Positions 62,290 to 64,000 of a DNA stretch of 64,000 nt are shown here, in pieces (positions within the stretch are counted from its first letter, which is position 1; the number at the start of each line of letters is the position of its first letter). A program made the translations under genes and the position numbers. The notes under the pieces were generated by a model that saw nothing but the letters and a program-made list of their open reading frames with translations, was not told the DNA's origin and did not search any database. Source of the DNA: Candidatus Marinacidobacterales bacterium (GTDB lineage: Bacteria; Acidobacteriota; Vicinamibacteria; Marinacidobacterales; SMYC01); assembly GCA_965237955.1 (NCBI GenBank), contig OZ250169.1, forward strand, positions 5,280,001 to 5,344,000, read 5' to 3'.

Positions 62290-64000
62290 GTGCGCGTAGT
62301 GCTCTTTCTGATATCCGCCACGCTCGTCTCGATTGCAGCGCTTGCGGGGCAGGACACCGCAGCGAACGACTTCGAACGGCGCGAGCTGCGTATTCCCGTC
62401 CGCGACGGGGCCAAGCTGTATGCCATCGCACTCATCCCCGAGTCTATGACTAAGCCGCTCCCGATCATCCTGATCCGAACTCCCTACGGTGCCGCGCGCT
62501 CCACCGCGAATGGACTCAGGGTCGGCTATAGAGAATTGGCGAAGGACGGCTATATCTTCGTCACCCAGGATTCACGGGGACGCCACAACTCGGAAGGCCA
62601 GTTCGTCATGAACGGCGCCCTGCACGATCCGCGCGTCGGCGACGGCGTGGACGAAGCCACCGACACCTACGATACGATCGAGTGGCTCGTGAATAACATC
62701 TCTAACCACAACGGGCGCGTCGGCGTGCTTGGCGTGTCGTACCCGGGATGGCTTGCCGGCATTGCCGGCGTCAATCCCCATCCGGCGCTTCGAGCAATCT
62801 CGCCGCAGGCGCCGATGGCCGATACTTGGCTTGGGGACGATCTGTTCCACCAAGGCGCGTTCCGTGAGGCCTTCGCGTTCGGGTACGTTTCGGGGATGGA
62901 GCTGACGAACAACAACTCGAAGCGCGTAGCGATGAACCGCTACGACCAGTACGATTGGTACCTGCAGTTCGATACGCTCGAAGAGCTTGCGAAAGTGGAC
63001 GAGGTGATGAACCTTCCGTCCTGGAAAGCGGCCGTCGAGCATCCGGCCTATGACGAGTACTGGAAGGCGAAGGCGATGCAGCGGGTGCTCACGACACCCG
63101 ATGTCGCCGTTCTGACGGTCGGAGGGTTCTGGGACCAGGAGGACAAGTTCGGCCCTCAGGAAGCCTACCGCGTCCTCGAGCAAAACGATGCGGACGATGT
63201 CAATCACATCGTGCTCGGACCGTGGAACCATGGCGGGTGGTCACGCCCGGGAGGCGACTCGCTTGGCCCCATCCAATTCGGCGCCAAGACGTCCGACTAC
63301 TACCGCGAGTATATCCAGCGCCCTTGGTTCGCGTACTGGCTGAGGGGCGAAGGCGAAGACGTCTTCCCCGAAGCCTGGGTTTTTGCAAGCGGTGAGAATG
63401 AGTGGCACACTTTCGAATCGTGGCCTCCCGAGCAAGCCGAGCCGGCAAAACTGTACTTGCGCAACGGCGGGCTTGTGTCCTTCGACGCACCGACGGGCGA
63501 GGGCTTCGACTCGTATATCTCGGATCCCGAACATCCCGTGCCCTACATGGCGCGCCCGGTCGTGCGGACGCGTTGGCAGCAATGGCTCGTGGAAGACCAG
63601 CGTTTCGCCGACAACCGGCCCGATGTGCTCACGTGGCAGACAGGTCCGCTGAGCGAGGACGTCACCATTGCCGGGAACATCGTCGCCGAGCTTTTTGCGT
63701 CTACGACAGGTGCCGACGCCGACTGGGTGGTAAAGCTGATCGACGTGTATCCGGACACCGTGGAGGACGATCCAACGATGGGAGGACACCAGCTCATGGT
63801 GGCCACGGACATCATGCGCGGCCGTTATCGCAACAGCTTTTCGAAGCCGGAGCGGATTCCGCCGAATACCGTCGTTTCCTTCTCAGTGGACCTGCACCAG
63901 CAACTGTACCGCTTTGGGCGCGGCCACCGGATCATGGTTCAGGTCCAGAGCACATGGTTCCCGCTGTACGACCGAAATCCGCAGAAGTACGTGGAGAACA
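62290..64000 (+). CDS. CocE/NonD (X-Pro dipeptidyl-peptidase S15) family hydrolase, runs off the window
   Basis: GTG start after AGGAG; RDG.KL, RTPY, QD.RG..SEG, GVSYPG and GPWNHG motifs. Confidence 0.92.
   Translation, partial: MRVVLFLISATLVSIAALAGQDTAANDFERRELRIPVRDGAKLYAIALIPESMTKPLPIILIRTPYGAARSTANGLRVGYRELAKDGYIFVTQDSRGRHNSEGQFVMNGALHDPRVGDGVDEATDTYDTIEWLVNNISNHNGRVGVLGVSYPGWLAGIAGVNPHPALRAISPQAPMADTWLGDDLFHQGAFREAFAFGYVSGMELTNNNSKRVAMNRYDQYDWYLQFDTLEELAKVDEVMNLPSWKAAVEHPAYDEYWKAKAMQRVLTTPDVAVLTVGGFWDQEDKFGPQEAYRVLEQNDADDVNHIVLGPWNHGGWSRPGGDSLGPIQFGAKTSDYYREYIQRPWFAYWLRGEGEDVFPEAWVFASGENEWHTFESWPPEQAEPAKLYLRNGGLVSFDAPTGEGFDSYISDPEHPVPYMARPVVRTRWQQWLVEDQRFADNRPDVLTWQTGPLSEDVTIAGNIVAELFASTTGADADWVVKLIDVYPDTVEDDPTMGGHQLMVATDIMRGRYRNSFSKPERIPPNTVVSFSVDLHQQLYRFGRGHRIMVQVQSTWFPLYDRNPQKYVEN

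Overview
GC-rich bacterial chromosomal window, most likely Acidobacteriota (inferred from an ADOP-type permease C-terminal remnant, 'MALTAGSRLG.YEV' Ser/Thr kinase remnants, a DUF507 pair and a PEP-CTERM gene). It opens with gap and a divergent lipid A/ADP-heptose operon (waaA-lpxK-lpxL-waaF-gmhB-split hldE), followed by hsp20, tRNA-Asp and an IS5/IS903-group element. The centre holds a DUF222-like/HNH nuclease locus whose repeated GAACTCCGTCYRGACGGAG palindromes have been hit at the same base by an AbrB-carrying IS1182-family element: two full copies, plus a mini-derivative at a probable third site. Further on are an apparently circularly permuted alkaline phosphatase, a form I aerobic CO dehydrogenase cluster (coxMSL), and an ECF sigma-ogt-PP2C-dinB operon. 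A 1,107-bp part of that operon is directly duplicated around a 5.2-kb mosaic of gene fragments. The right end has three copies of a 125-bp CTAG-targeting MITE that reads through in frame, a MauG-like diheme gene with a partner ORF, an ABC exporter with three adaptors, an integrase-type IS and a CocE/NonD hydrolase. Many genes are frameshifted or internally deleted; some single-base frameshifts may be sequencing errors. All calls come from reading motifs by eye; no database searches were run.
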